Source of the DNA: Epiperipatus broadwayi
Lineage: Eukaryota > Animalia > Onychophora
Direction of reading: 5' to 3'
NCBI GenBank assembly: GCA_028023455.1
Contig: JAQFVV010000001.1
Location: 35,154,001-35,218,000, forward strand
Length of the DNA: 64,000 bases
Shown: positions 31,862-47,118 of the stretch, piece by piece
Position numbering within the stretch: position 1 is the first letter of the stretch
How the letters are laid out: each line of letters begins with the position of its first letter
Translations under genes and position numbers: made by a program
The notes under the pieces: model-generated
The model's input: the letters and a program-made list of their open reading frames with translations, nothing else
Database searches by the model: none
Told to the model about the DNA's origin: nothing

Positions 31862-34800
31862 CTAATTTGTTTTAAATGTAAATGGGTGGTGTCTGGTATT
31901 TTTTCCAATCAAGAAAGTGCATCTGGTACACCAGAATGCATATAAGATGGATGTCACCACTCTAATGCTGGGTATTGATCTTTCCTGGAAAGCATCAAGT
32001 ATTTGATTAATCATGATACCAGGCTTTCTGTGTGCATTACACATAATCTATCTTGTTTGGTTTAGAGCCAAACACTGGTATATAAGATGGTGTAGTGTCT
32101 CCTTTGCTCGGTGACACAGTCCACAGAAGGGATGAATGGATAGATATAGTCTTTTATGATATAGAAAATATGTTGTTGGCATCGCAACTAGATTCATTTT
32201 GATTATGAAGACAAAATATTTGGGCTCAAGCACCCATTTTTAAAATTCCTTGAGCAATTTTTTGTTGTTAATTTCTAACATAGGAGGGGAATCACTCACA
32301 TCAGTTTGAGTGTTAACTAAATCATAAATTTCCCAGTATGAATATTTATTTAGAAACTGATCTGGGTTATGTACAGTGGTTTTGTATTGATAGATAATGG
32401 GAGCAAAGAATAATCTTTTTGGAAGTGGCCTATCTGTTGGAGTCACCTCGACCAAGTGTTTAAGTCTAGGGAACTTTGCAATTGTGGTGACTATTAGGTT
32501 TCTCAGCTTTTGTAATTGGAAGATGTTAAGGCTATGCAAGCCATGGTCATTTTTGATAAGGGGTTTGTTGAGTTTTTTAGATGAGATCACTACAGTTTTT
32601 TTTAGACCAGAGTAGCTTATTATATATGGTTTTAATTTTTGCTATAAATGCTTTTGAGAAAGAAACAACTGGCACATAATAAACTATTTTTGTTGTAATA
32701 AGCTGATTAATTAGCTGTACTTTTGCATATAGTGACATATAGGTTTTGGATAAAGAGTCTACTATTCTTTCAGCTTCTTCCTTCAGCCTATTTTGAATGT
32801 GACATCTCATTCCCATGATTCCCATATGATATGGGAACCCAAGGAAAGAGACTGGCTTTGAGTTGTAGTTTGATTCACATTGCTTTCCAGTGAATAGTGC
32901 CCAAGCTGTAGTTTTTTTGGGATTAAACTTTAATTCGTATTTTTGTGAATATTTTTGCAGTATCTTTTGTAGCTGTGGTATTTGTTTTTTGGGTGTCAGG
33001 AAGACAGTGACATCATCCATGTATGCAAGGCATGCAGTTTGCTGTGCTGTGCCAGGTATCTCAATTACACCAAAAGTCTGCTGTATGCTATTAATGAAGG
33101 GATTAATGTATAATATAAACAACAATGAACTAAGAGGGGACTCTTGGGATATTGACTGATTTGGGGTGAATGATGGGGAGTTTTCCGTTTAGTGTTACAT
33201 GAATCTCTCTATTTAAAAGTAGGTTAGCTATTAGGTATAAATGTGTTCTAGGGATTTGAGTGTTTTCAAGCATTTTTAATAGTGTAGATATGTTTACCGA
33301 ATCAAAGGCAGCCTCAATATCAAGCTGTACCACTATGGGAACATATTTTTTCTTTGTCTGACTGTTGCTAGAATTGCTTTAAATAACAAGGCTGTCTCCA
33401 TCACTGAAGAGCCTTTCTTTGTATACTGTGCTTCAGAAATTAATGGCAGTATGTATGGTTCAATTTCATCTTTAATGATTTTTTCGATGATCTTGATAGG
33501 CAATGGTCCCATAGATATTGGTCTAAGGTCAGTAGTTAGTGGAATGATTGTTTTCTTTTTATTATATGGCACTATGGCAAGTGTGTAGACCCCTCAATGG
33601 TCATGATTTGCTGTGTTAAATAGTTATCTAAACAACTTAAATATTTTGCTGTAAATTTGCTTAGATGTTTTAATATAAATAGTGGGATTCCAAAACTTCC
33701 CGGGTGACAAGCATCTGAAATACTATTGAGTTTAGCCATGAAAAGATCTGTAGCAAATGGGGTTTCAGTCTCAGGAGGGCCAAACATATCATGCATTATT
33801 GTAGGTGATTCCTTTTGTTTGTAACTTTTTTTTGAAAAATTCAAAGATGGGCATAATTTATATTTTGGCCTGCATATGTTGCATTATCTGCATGTATTGT
33901 CATTGGCACCTTTATATTTGGCTTGTTTCCAAGTGCCCACCTTATGTAATTTCTGGTCTAAGTATAAGGTTTGAGAAGGCATGTTTTAATTTTTTATTTT
34001 TAAATAGCTTTAAGTGCACCACAAGCATTATTGTATGCATGTGTAAGTTTAAATATGTACTGTTGTGTGTAGGGTGATGGGTTTATCTTGATTATTCACT
34101 GATGTAACTGGTCTGCTAGAGATGAGGTTGCTTCGTGGCTAAATGGTTGATGTTAAATGACAGTATACCAATAAATGCAAGATATTGTTGTACTGGGTCA
34201 AGGTTCATATCTTTAATCTTATTTAGCATTATATATGTCTCAGAAAAAAAATAAATTCCTTGGTTGCTGTAGGGAGTAGAACTCCTATTGTTCTTGTGAG
34301 TGGATGTGTTGATGTTTGGATCTGATCACAATTGATTGTAATTATTTGCGCTGAATGATCTGAGAAGGCTGCATGAGTTAATTTGATTGTAATTAGGTGG
34401 TGGAGTATTGGGGAATAAAAACTAAGATCAATTAGTGAAGAGAAGCAACCATTGTGAAAAAAGATGGCATCATGTGGCAAAAATCCTTGGCCACTTATTA
34501 ATGGTGTGGCTAATTTATGAAACCAACATTGTGTTAAGTCTTGGTATGTTGTATTGAAATCTCCAATTACTACAGATGGATTTGCTGTGGTAGCTAGCCT
34601 TAAATTTATGTTTGCAATTATGGTGTCTATCTTGTTATTTTGGAAGGGCATGTAGACAAAAACTATATTAATTGTTATGCTTTTATGACTGAAAGTTGCA
34701 ATCAATAAGTTCATATCTATATGAATAATTTTAAATATTATGAAGGGTGAATTTCTGGTGATTAGGAGACCAGTTCCAGCTGAAGGAGATGAAGAGTCCC

Positions 34801-34988
34801 TTGAGCATGCACAAAAATCCCTCTCCAGACAATTGTTTAGCAGGGTCCGTCTGAGATATAGCATAAATTTTTGTCTCAAGCAAACTCATTATGTGTGGTC
34901 ATATATCCTTGATCCAGTATCTTAGTTTGTTAATTTTTGAGGTCGAATTTAAACCTCTAACATTGATTGCTGCAATCTTAATTTTCAT
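31862..34988 (-). pseudogene. LINE Y ORF2 (APE + RT + zf), frameshifted, ~1040 codons
   Basis: MKIKIAAINVRGLN, LETK, VIGDFN, SLIDL, FSDH, LRPISMG, LDIEAAFDSV, AYMDDVTVFL, FCGLCHRAKETLHHLIYQC. Confidence 0.85.
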
Positions 34989-36290
34989 TAAGGCTGTGTA
35001 TATGTTCACTCTCAGAATTCAGACTTGCTATTGATGGTTGCTCCCATGCATCTTAATATTGTGCCTCGATTTCTTCATCTGTTGGTTCTGTTGTTTCAGA
35101 TGTGTAGCCAGTGTAACTGTGGCTGCATTCTAATGTTTTTGTTTTTTGGGGCCCTCTGTTTCTTTTTGGTGGGTGGCAGGGCTTTCTTCTCTGGTCTACA
35201 TTGGCTTGAACAATTTGTGGTAATTTTAGGGTGGTGGCTAGCATAATCTCTGTTGCAGTTTTATTTTTTGCTCTTGTTGTCTGTGTTGATATAGATATAT
35301 TTTCAATATTACTGTTTAATGAGGTTTCTTGGTCTTTCAGTGATTTTCTCTTATCAATGTTTTTATTGATTTGAATTAGGTTTGGGGCAGTTTTTCTGAT
35401 GTGTCCTCCTGAGTCTTTTGCTTTCTTACTTCTTTGTTGGCTGGGGTTTGAATCTTAATTGAAATGTCTGAAACATCAGCTGCTTTTGATGTATGATCGG
35501 TTCTTTTGTTATGGAGTTGTGTATGTGTTGATAATTTCTGATTATTGTTGTCTTCCTTGTTGTCTACCTTCTTTGTTTTATTAATAGCCTCTTGATCTTG
35601 GCTTTGTTGATCTTCTATGTTAGGTTGGTTTTCGTGATTTTTTTTTGTGTTGCAGCTAATTGCTAGGTGCCCATGCTCTCCACAAGCAAAGCATTTTGGC
35701 ATTAACCGGTTTTATATAGATAGTGAGTATGGCATCTTGGTCCACATCTGGGTCAGGATATCTTCCAGGTTTGTGTTGTTTTCTAGCTTTATTTTAAATT
35801 GGAAATTGTTGCTGAAAACTGGGATAGGGGTGTCTGATAAATACATTTGTTTAATATATATAGCTTTTCCGAATGGATTTATTAGTTTCTGAAAGTCCTG
35901 TATATTGTAACAAAAATAAGCATTTTTTATTATTCCAGTACAATAATTTTGTAGATTTTGATCTATATATACAATCGCATAGTTACCTAATGTTTTAATT
36001 TGATTTTGGAATCTTGACTGTTAGTGTTCATTGAAGAATTGAATAGCAATGTAACATGAGTTGGGATGTTCTCCAATACTAGAAATAGTATTCCACATCA
36101 CTTTTTTTGTCAACTCTTCATATAAGAGCTCTCTGGGAAATTTGTATAGAGATAAGTTGTTATCTGTGACGGCTAATACTATAGATTTAGAAGAAAATTT
36201 TTTTTTAAATGTTGCAAAAATTTTTCAGGGATTGTACAATTGAAATTAACATTAATTTCTTGTAACTCATTCTGACTCCTTATTGCTGGA
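34988..36290 (-). pseudogene. LINE Y ORF1 (gag-like, single CCHC), disrupted
   Basis: LSLYKFPRELLY..IGEHPN, LINPFGKA, PKCFACGEHGHLAISC; homologous to ORF1 of copies Z and V. Start position approximate. Confidence 0.75.
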
Positions 36291-36405
36291 GTGGGGGGAG
36301 GCTTTTTGTTATTATTTTCCGTTAGATGTAAACTATTTATGTCAGCCTGATTCAGTTTTCTAAATCTAGTAGCCTGTGGCAGGGCCTAAGTTTTTTCATT
36401 GCCCT

Positions 36406-36587
<182 letters not shown>

Positions 36588-37509
36588 ATCTTTTGGTTCT
36601 GCAAAATCATACACATATTTTAGTAATGCTGGTGTGCCTCAAGGAAGCATACTTGGACCATTGCTTTTTTCAGTTTATTCTTTGGATATAGAGCAGTGTG
36701 TAAGTGGTTCTGACATTCTCTGCTTTGCAGATGATATTAAACTGTATAAAACTATTAAGAATTTTGATGATCAGAAGATTTTGCAGTCTGATATCAAAAA
36801 ATTTCAGGATTGGTGTGTGGGAAACTATATGGAAATTAACATTGGAAAAAGTTGTGTCATATCGTTTTCTAAAAAATCATCTACAAGTCTGTTTAATTAT
36901 ACACTAAACTCAAAAAGTATTTTAAGAAAAGAAGATCATAAAGATTTAGGTATTATTTTTAATAATAATGGAACATTTAATAATAATATTCAAAATATTA
37001 TTACAAAAAGTTATAAAATAATGGGTTTAATTCTCAGAAACTGTCAAATGTTTAAGAGAAATACATGTGTGTATTTGTTTCATACATTGGTCTTACCTAT
37101 TTTAAATTATGGATCTTTGATCTGGAACTCATCTAAATTAAATAATAGATTAGCACTGGAAAAGGTTTATAAAAATTTTTTCAGATACATTAAATCAGAA
37201 ATAATATGTGACAACAATGCACTCTACAAAAGACGAATCTATACTGATATGAAGTATTTAAAAAAAATTACATCAGGTATAATAGATGTGAGAAGTTGCC
37301 AGACAACATTATCATTTAAGGTGAAGATAAAGGATACAAGATCAAAAAATTTGTATAATATTCCAAAATTTAAAAGTGAAACATTAAAAAATTCAGCATT
37401 AGTAAGATTACCTAGATTGTACAATAAGTACTTTAATACTGTTAATATATTTGAAACAGATGATAGAACATTTAGGACTACTGTGCAAAAAACTGCAAAT
37501 GATTTGTGA
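36588..37509 (+). CDS. RT C-terminal half of a CR1-like ORF2 (no native start)
   Basis: GVPQGSILGPLLF, LCFADDIKLY, HKDLGIIF, LVLPILNYGSLIW; about 306 codons with no stop. Confidence 0.8.
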
Positions 37510-37577
37510 ACTAGATTAGCTGTGCATTTTTGTTTGGATGTAAAATCTGTTAAATGTACTATATTAAATTAAATTAA
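36588..37577 (+). mobile_element. 5'-truncated CR1-like LINE, young (uninterrupted frame)
   Basis: Open RT C-terminal half, short 3' UTR and (TTA)n tail. Confidence 0.88.
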
Positions 37578-37769
<192 letters not shown>

Positions 37770-39650
37770 TTGGCTGGTTCAGTAACTATAGACTTGCCAG
37801 AAATACTACAACATTTTCTAAATTGAGATGAAACAATTATAATAATAACAATAATAAGAACACAAAAAAGGAGTAAGGAAAAGGAAAAAAAAGAGAAGAA
37901 GGAAAATAAGGAAGAGAAAAAAGAAAAGGAGGAGGAAGAGAAACGGAAAAAAAGGAAAAAGAATAATAAAAAAGAGAAATAGAATAAGCAGCAGCAATCA
38001 TGTACATGGAAAAACTTGAAAACTGTAAGGACTTCTTTCAGCCATGGAAAAGTCCATCATAATGCAATATTTATATAATATGAGAAAAAACTGTCTTAAA
38101 TAGCCTACTACAGAGCAAAAACATTTCCAGAATTTTTTCATAAAGCAATAGTGAAAGAAAAGATAGGACTCTTCACATTAGTTAATCTATTCTAATTTGT
38201 CAGGGTTTTGCTTTTTTTTCACTATTTGCTTAACAATAGCAAGATATTTATGAACTAATCAAAATCTAAATTTTAATATGTCTGAATTGGATACAAGAAA
38301 ACTAACGAAATAAATGTTGCCATATTTGAAAATTCTCAGATTTAAAAAAAAATTACAAATTAAATTCAGATTTAAATTTTCATGATGTGATTATATAAAT
38401 GCATATTACAGTAATAAAAAACGAAAAAGAAAATTAAATTAGATATATTGAACTGATAACTAAGATTATTAATATTTTTTAGAAACACTATTTTTATAAT
38501 CTTAGTTATCAGTTTGTTGATTGTACAAACTGATGACTTTAAAATTTTAGGAAGAAATTTTTGCCTTAGTAATATTTCAAACCAAATAAAATTCAAATTT
38601 AAAAGTATGTGTAAATAATTTCATTATTGATTGGCCTTCTCCTGTGCCTAATCTTAAAAACAATCTATTGAAAAGATAGATATCTTTACCAAACATAATG
38701 CTTTTAAATATAGTGAATGAATTATTGTTATATTATATATATAATATATTTTTATGCATTGTAGATCAAAATTGAATATGTAGAACTGATCAGGGGCAGA
38801 TTCCAGAAATGTTACAACTTTAAAAAAAAACATTCTTGGAATCTATCTTTGATGAGTACTGTGTAATTAACAACTTAGGTACTCTGAATATTATTTTCTT
38901 TTTTCAGAAAATATTTTAATATTTGTAAAAAAAAAAATATAAACGTTTTCCTATTTAATAATGTAACACAATTAAATCTCTGTACTTATAATGATATTAA
39001 TTTGTCATAAGAAATTAGAAGTATTTATCATTTTTCCTATACTGTATTAAAAAATTGAATAAAATTATCGTATAAAATTTAAAGTAAATCTGTATTTTAA
39101 TTTTAAAATATATTTTTTAATAAAAAATACATGATAAAGTAATAATACGTTTCACAATAAACCATAAAAAATGTTTTAAAATTTATATTGAAAGATTAAA
39201 GCTTATTCTTCTTAACTAAAAAAATGAAAATAAAGTAAAATTATTTATAAACAAATGACATTACAAAAAAAAAAAAAGATGAATCGTCTTAAAAAAAAAA
39301 AAAATTCTAAGAATTATAAAAAAAAAAAAAAAGAAGAGGAAAATTGATAAATTATTCAACATTTAAGATTTGATAACTTTCACATAAAATTTTGTTTTCA
39401 AATCTGTTATTTTCTAAAAGTATTTCCTATATATTAACGTTACAGATATGCATATTTGGACTAGTTATATGAAGAGTGGGATTTTTTTATGTCTTTAAAA
39501 TTATATATAAAAAAAGAAATGAAATAATATCAGATATAATAATTAATATATATTATACTGACTGTGATGGCACTTGATAATCAAAGATCATCTTTTTAAT
39601 AGCACTAACTCTATAAAATAATATACATACAAAAAGGCATATGGCTTTAT

Positions 39651-39716
39651 CGTGAGTGCCAGAATCGATCCTAGTTCCTTCCGCTCCCAAGTCCGACGTT
39701 TTACCAACTGTGCCAT
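39651..39716 (-). mobile_element. tRNA-derived SINE head / tRNA pseudogene
   Basis: A-box-like TGGCACAGTTGG and B-box-like GGATCGATTC; locally CpG-rich; the cloverleaf is incomplete. Confidence 0.55.
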
Positions 39717-40894
39717 AAAATAAAAATTCGCATAAAATGTTCAGGGTCTAATATAAGCAAATTGATATTTTGCAATCTTTTAATATTCCTTTTGAATTTT
39801 TAAATTTACAAAATATTTATTATAAGGTTAAAATATCATTATATGATAATACTATAAAATATATATTGTTTTTCTTTCCCAGATAGTTATGAAGCTATGA
39901 TCTGTTAACATTTTAAGTATCAGTATATTACCATGGGAAAAATGACCTTTTGTATGATTCATAAAACCACCATCTTTACCATTCAGAGGATTATTATTTC
40001 TATTTGACATCAAAATTAGGGGGAAAAGTAAAAAAGACTGATTTAAATTATCATGTTCTTAATAAATATGAAATATAGCAGATAATATTGCTATTGAGTG
40101 AGATACATTAGTAAAGCATGAGGGGATCATTTAGAAAAAAAAAGATTCATACAAGAATTAAAAGATAAGTCAAGACTCAAAATACTAGAATGTTATGCTT
40201 GGAATTATGAAAAAAACATTACACTTGTTTGGAAAGAGAATTTAAACAAACAAGCAAAAAAGAACATCATTACAAAAATAATGAATCAGAAAAATAAAAG
40301 AGATGAAGAGACAAAGCACTAAAGTATATGGAAAATATAATGTTAGTGATTAACAAATATGCTTAAAAAATAAAACTAAGTTAAGGCCAATTATGCAACA
40401 AAGCAAGCAAAACTTCCAAGTATGGTTTTACGAAAGTGATGTATTATACCTATGAGTAAAGAGATTATATATGCAAGACTTTTAAGTACACTGTAGCTAG
40501 ACTTGCTTCATAATGAGGAAATATTGGAAGATAAAGAAGAAAAATGAAAGATGCATGATAAAAAACTTCCTTAATGAAAATAATAGAAAACAAAGAACTT
40601 AAAATCGGAAGCAAAAAAAAAAAAACAGAAATGATGAAGAACAAAAAACCATTGATCACTGCAAGCACCAATAATGAAGTAAAAAAAATTGTTAAAGATG
40701 AACATCACCATGAGAATATTGTTATGAATCATAATACATAATTATAATATTAAGTAATTTAATTGAAATAAATTTATCTAAAGTAAATATGGCAACCTTT
40801 GAACATCTGGAAAAACTACACAGATGGCAGAATATTCTACAAAAATGCTATTTACAGGATTACCAAGGGTTGACATTAATGCCACTTAGTAAAA

Positions 40895-41147
<253 letters not shown>

Positions 41148-41506
41148 GAGGGCACAATGGTCCTGAAGCAAATGGCAGCAGGTAAATATGCTCCAGCTTA
41201 AACTTAGTTAAAAGGTTAATAGGAAATCATTAGTTTCAAATAAAATTATTGTGAGATCTTCATATGCTAACAATTGGTTTATTTATATGGGTGATTTTGA
41301 GATTCAGAATGTTGTTTAATAAAAAGGAGTTAAAATTGAGATTACAATAATTGATCTTAGGCAAATAATCTTTGTCTGAGTTAAAAAAGCTTCAAAAAGA
41401 TCTTACTTGGGATTAAAATTAATAATTCAATATAACTGGTTTGAAATTTACAGGGTTGTTTAATTAAATAATAAAGTGATTTTACCATAATAAAGCTTGA
41501 ATTAAT

Positions 41507-43090
41507 ATGGAACCAAGAGAGTCACATGCCCTTTCCAACAGCAGTAAATCCAATGATAACCTGCAAAAAGATATAAAAAAAAGACAACATCGTTTGCAAA
41601 CATAGTAAAAAATAGAAAGGACAAAATTTACAAAATTATAATTTAGATAAACATTCTAAACACTTTTACAGTCTAAATTTAAACAAAGAATATAATAAAA
41701 TTAATGAAAATTCAATGCAAAATCATGCAAAATATCGCATACCAAAACTCAGTGATGTAAATAATTTTGAGCTCACAACTCAGGAAGCCGACAAACTCAA
41801 CAATAAAAATTTGGAGTTGTGAAGAAATATAAAATACCACCAATTTATTCAATAAATCAATCCCAAAACATTTATTTAATAGTTTTAAGATATTTTTTTT
41901 TGATAAATCTTTAATACTATCAATAACAGACAGCAATATATCCTTATACAAATTTCCGAGGCAATTACTATATGAGCCAATTTCTATTCATGGTTTTTGG
42001 ATTATAATTAAACAAATCGCCGAACATCCCAATGATAAATATATAATACTTGAATTTTATGAAACAGATCAAACACAGCGGTTTCAAAACCAAATCAAAA
42101 CTCTTGGCAACTATGTTTTAATTCAATTGATCAAAATTACCATAATACAATCACTGGAATTATTAAGAATGCCTATTTAAAATATAATGTAACTGACTTC
42201 CAAAGAATGATGCAGCCATTCAGCAAAGTCATAACATTTAAAATAATATATTAAAAAGAAACACCTATCCCAATAGCAACAAATTCATATGAATTTGAAA
42301 TGCAACTCCATCCTGACATGGATCCAAATATTATACTAACTCAAATTTTGGATCAAGAAACAATGCTTACAATATTTATCAGGGGATTAAAGCCACAGTG
42401 CCATGTATGTAAACAGAGGGGACATGTAGCTGCATATTTTTCCAATTGACACCCTCCAAGCAAAACACAAAGCACACTTCAACCAATACAACAAAGTGAT
42501 AACATCAGCAAAAAAATTAATGGAAAACTAGATACCTTACAAGCTAATATTTTATCATACTCAGAAGAAAGACAGATAAACAAAACAGCAGAGAATTACA
42601 ATCTGGATGTCATGGACTGATCCATGGATAACATAATGAATTTTAGAAAGTCTGAAGTGGTACAGAAAAAAGACATTTGACAAAAAGACAAATGCATTAA
42701 GTGAAATTTTAGTCACAACAATAACCCAGCAAAACAGCAAAACAAAGCCAGGGAGACCTCCAGGAAAAAAACAAGCTAAGAAACCTAAAACTGAGATACA
42801 AAATGATGAGGTTTCAGTTGATGATATGATAATTGATTATTCATTATCATTAGAAAATATGAAAAATTGAAATTGAAAATATTTCAACAGATACAATAGT
42901 AATAAAGAAAATCAAAAATAAATTGAAAACATATAATAATGATACAACTCACACCAAAAATCACATAACAGAACAAGAAACAGGTACATATGAGCCAATA
43001 ATAGAGTCTAAAAACCATAATATGGCTGAAGAATTCTCTCATCCTTGCCACAAGGAATATGAACAAACAACACAGTTATTGAGGATTTAA
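41507..43090 (+). pseudogene. LINE Z ORF1, disrupted
   Basis: SFANIVK, ISLYKFPRQLLY..IAEHPND, MMQPFSKV, PQCHVCKQRGHVAAY. Confidence 0.75.
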
Positions 43091-46000
43091 TGAAAGTCAA
43101 AATTGCAGCACTAAATGTTCAGGGTGTTAATTCACTAGCAAAACTGTTTCAACTTAACAAATGGATCAAAATAATTAAACCACAAATGATTGGAGTGCTG
43201 GAGACAAAAATTTATAGTAGTTCAAAAATAGATCCAGCAACAATCTTACATACCAGAGATTTTTGACATTCTCATGAGATATTGCATGGGATATTCATTA
43301 ATAACAAATGCTTATTTTCAAAATTCCAAATTATTTATGTAGATGCACACCTTCTCATTATCATATTTCAACATCAAATTACGATAATTAACATCATTTT
43401 TGTGCATAAGCCTCCAGGACCAGAATCATGACACAAATTATACACACTATAAACTCACAACTGGCAACTACCCAAAGTCCAACAATATTGATGGGTGATT
43501 TCAATCTAAATTATGCAAAATTTAACAAAAAATGATTGCACCAGATCAACCATCCTTCAATAAGTGCAGAAGGGTTTTTAACCAAAAATTCAATTTCATT
43601 CTATAATAGAAGGCATGCATCATTAATAGATCTCTGTTATTATACTCCAATGTTTCATCATTTAATTGACCATACAGCACAATTGATTACAATCAATTTC
43701 ACAGAGTTTAGGATGGCAACTATCCAACTAGAAAAAACAATTTAGCTAATGCTCCCATCAACTGCCACAGAATTTCTATTTTCAGAGGTTTATATAACGT
43801 GAAATAAAATCAAAGATATGTCCCTTGATCCCATTCAAAAATATCAGTCATTCATCAATATTGTGTCATTCAACATACATTATATCACAAGATATGCTCC
43901 CCCATCTCCAATTTGATAAATCTAGCAGATGAACTACATAAAAAATAGCAATTACAAGCCACCCACAATAATCAACACTACATAAGAAAATTAATCCAGT
44001 TATATCGTAACATATGTTTGCAACTAAGGGAATGTATACTGATGAAAAAAAGAAGTTTTGCATTAACACACAAACACTTATGGACTTGCCAATTTATTAG
44101 ATGGGCTTTAGGTAATCCATCAACTAAAAAGGTTCCCATGGCAATTCACATGGATGGCAAGGGGTAAATTGGACACAATATGCTGGAGCCAATATTTAAA
44201 CATTTCAAACACAAACTACAGACATATAAACAATTCATACCAACAGTCAATCAATTTAGACCCCCAGAGACAGATAAATCCTTCAAAATTCAACAATTTA
44301 CTGACATACTAAAAATATCAATGGCTGCCACCCAGGAACCAGTTGTATACCTACATTTGTACTAAAACACTTAAGTCAATTTACAACACAATACATTTGT
44401 AAATGAAATATTTATTTTATATAGCACTATGTTTTTATAAATGATAATAGTAATAATTAGCCATTAAGCTAATGCACATGCACTTTGTAGATTTTTAACT
44501 ATAAATGAATACTCTCACTTCCAAACACAAAATAAGGTCTTTGTAAAAAGATAAAATAAATCCAGCTATCTTATCTTTGACCTAAATTTTCACTTATATA
44601 AGTGAATCTGAAGCGATTTGGAAGCATGAAATAGTTATTTTCTCCATTGTTTAAGTCTAATATCCTTTACAAATTAACTTCGTGAAATCTTGCAATTTAC
44701 AGTGAATTAATATTATGATCTTAATATTGGAAATTCTATAAACTATTGAAGAGTACATGGCCAACTTCATTTCACAGAAAATATACAATATTAAGGGTTT
44801 ATATCCAATATCAATAGTGACAATTAATAAAAAAAAGTACAACTGTATCAGATCTAACTAATATTTGACCCATATCAATGGGCCCACTTAGAATTAAAAT
44901 ATTAGAGAAGATTATCAAAAATGAAATTGAAAAACACATTCTACCAAAAATATCAGATGCACAATATGCCACAAAAGGAGCCTCAACAACACATGCTGCA
45001 CTAATGTTTAAAATAATACAAGATGCAGTGCAGCAGTGAAAAAAATATACATCAATTATAGTTCAGCTAGACATACAGAGTGCATTTGACTCTGTTGCAG
45101 TAGAAGTGCTAATAGACATGCCTGCCAATACCACCATTCCTCCCACCCTACTATATACCATTACAAATCTACTTCTCAACAGAAAGATACACATTACACT
45201 AAGTGGAAAAACACCCCATCATTTACCCCCACACAATCATTAGCACAAGCACTCAGTGCACTGCTGTTCATGCCATATATATAAACTCTGTACTACAACA
45301 ATTAGAAAGAGATCTTCTGGAAATATTGATACCCCAGACTTCCTGATGTGTCTCATGTATTGCATACATGGACAATGTCATGGTATTTCTAATACTGAGA
45401 AAACAGATACCAATGCTACAAAAATATAAAATTATACTAACATGTAAAAATTACAATTTAACCTTAATAAAACAGCAGCCTGGTTTCTCTACACTAATAA
45501 ATTATATCAAGAAGCATATCAAGGAAAAACAACATCATTCCTTGGATTCCCTTTTCACCTTGGACAACATGGCATGAGGCAGGCAATACAGAAAAAAATT
45601 GAGGAGAAAACCATCAAAATAGTCACATCATTATCTAACACTCATCTGTCATTGTATCAAAGGTACATATACTCAATACTCTAGTTACTACAAAGATTAC
45701 ATATTTTTTACCAATCATAAATTTTACCAAAAAATTCAAAACAGCTATATCAAGGCTCTGTAGTAAATTACTATGGGGAAGGAAAGCAGTTGCCATTTTA
45801 TGAAAACAACTTAACCAACCAACTAAAAGAAATGGCCTTGGACTCCACATAATTACAGTTTTTCAAATACAGAAACCAATCAATTTAATAACAAAAATTA
45901 CCACACGGTTTTAACAAATTCAACAATTAATTGACATAATACAAACAGATCAACACCCACCCACTCCCATAACAGGGATATCTTGCAACAATAATACATG

Positions 46001-46550
46001 CAATACAAACCAACAATAAAACAGGACCAATTTCCTTTGATGGGAAACAAGACTACTGGAAAAACTATGACCTAATTTACCCACCCAATAACATTTAAAC
46101 CTTCAATACAATGCTAACCATTAACAATAAGCAACTCCTCTCAAGTTTCAAAAAATGGGCATTGGAGCCAAAGTACTTTGACTTCTTGATAAAAATTAAC
46201 ATGTATGCTCTCCCAACAGCATACTTTTTATGATACAGATGGCTATATATCTCTATAAATCCAAATTTGTAGCCTCTCATTTTTCTGAAGAAACACAGCA
46301 ACACATCTTTTATGACTATTCATCTCTAAATATTACCAGAATCAGCATGCTAAAACAATTCAGGGAGGTATAAACCATTCAACAGTTAATGAATTTAGCA
46401 CAAAAATGATTCATTTCAATAATTAGAGCAGCCACAATATCATTATATGCACATTGGTGTACTTGTGCATATTTAGCCTAGGTAACAACAACAGAAGACA
46501 TCCCACAACCTTTTATAATAATCTCCAACAGATAAAAATTAGGGATCAAA
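43090..46550 (+). pseudogene. LINE Z ORF2 (APE + RT + zf), disrupted
   Basis: MKVKIAALNVQGVN, LETK, MGDFN, SLIDL, PISMGPL, LDIQSAFDSV, AYMDNV, NGLGL. Confidence 0.82.
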
Positions 46551-46880
46551 AGATTGCTGCACCTGATATCCTTGTGGCTACTTGGTCACTATTAAGACAA
46601 CAGTCTAATTTATACTAATTAATATTTACTGTATTATCTACATCCAGCTGACAATTTCACAAATACCAAAATTAGGCACTAAACATATAGCATTGCAAAG
46701 AAACAAATAAAAACAAAGCTCTAAAGAGAAACTGCCAAAATACAAACCAATCAATAGCATGTTTAACAATAATTGAAAACAATGCAACAATATTTAACCA
46801 GTTGACAATGCTTAAACATGAGGAACCAGATGCCAGAAATATTATGAACAATTAAACTAAAGAACTCATAATCAATTTAG

Positions 46881-47012
46881 TCATATTTGATTGACTCTGA
46901 ACTTAAGACAGTGAAATCACAAAAAAAAAAGTAAAACCATGCTGAATTTGTAAGAGATTTACTTTTTTTTTTGTGATTTCACTGTCTTAAGTTCAGAGTC
47001 AATCAAATATGA
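46881..47012. repeat. Near-perfect ~55-bp-arm hairpin in the 3' UTR of LINE Z
   Basis: Arms 46881-46935 / 46958-47012, differing only in A/T run length; 22-nt loop; agtcatat repeated at 46879 and 47014. Confidence 0.92.
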
Positions 47013-47118
47013 AAGTCATATAAATGCATGTTAAAATCATAAAAACTTTGTAAACTACATCTATCAATGTAATGACAAGTAAACATTTTGATCAATAAAG
47101 TTTATTATTGTTGAAACA

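Larger units (their letters stand above)
41148..47118 (+). mobile_element. Apparently full-length, decayed L1/Tx1-like LINE (copy Z), ~6 kb including small insertions
   Basis: 5' GAGGGCACAATG; ORF1 and ORF2 homologous to copy Y; 3' AATAAAGTTTATTATTGTTGAAACATA followed by (GTA)n; extra AT-rich sequence at ~44410-44800. Confidence 0.87.

Noticed and set aside
39651-39716. Functional tRNA genes (also 48571-48666, 48879-48965)
   Set aside because: A/B boxes are present, but acceptor and anticodon stems do not close properly; treated as SINE heads or pseudogenes.
40000-40890. Purine-rich, coding-like stretch
   Set aside because: No sustained ORF or recognisable motif; left unannotated.
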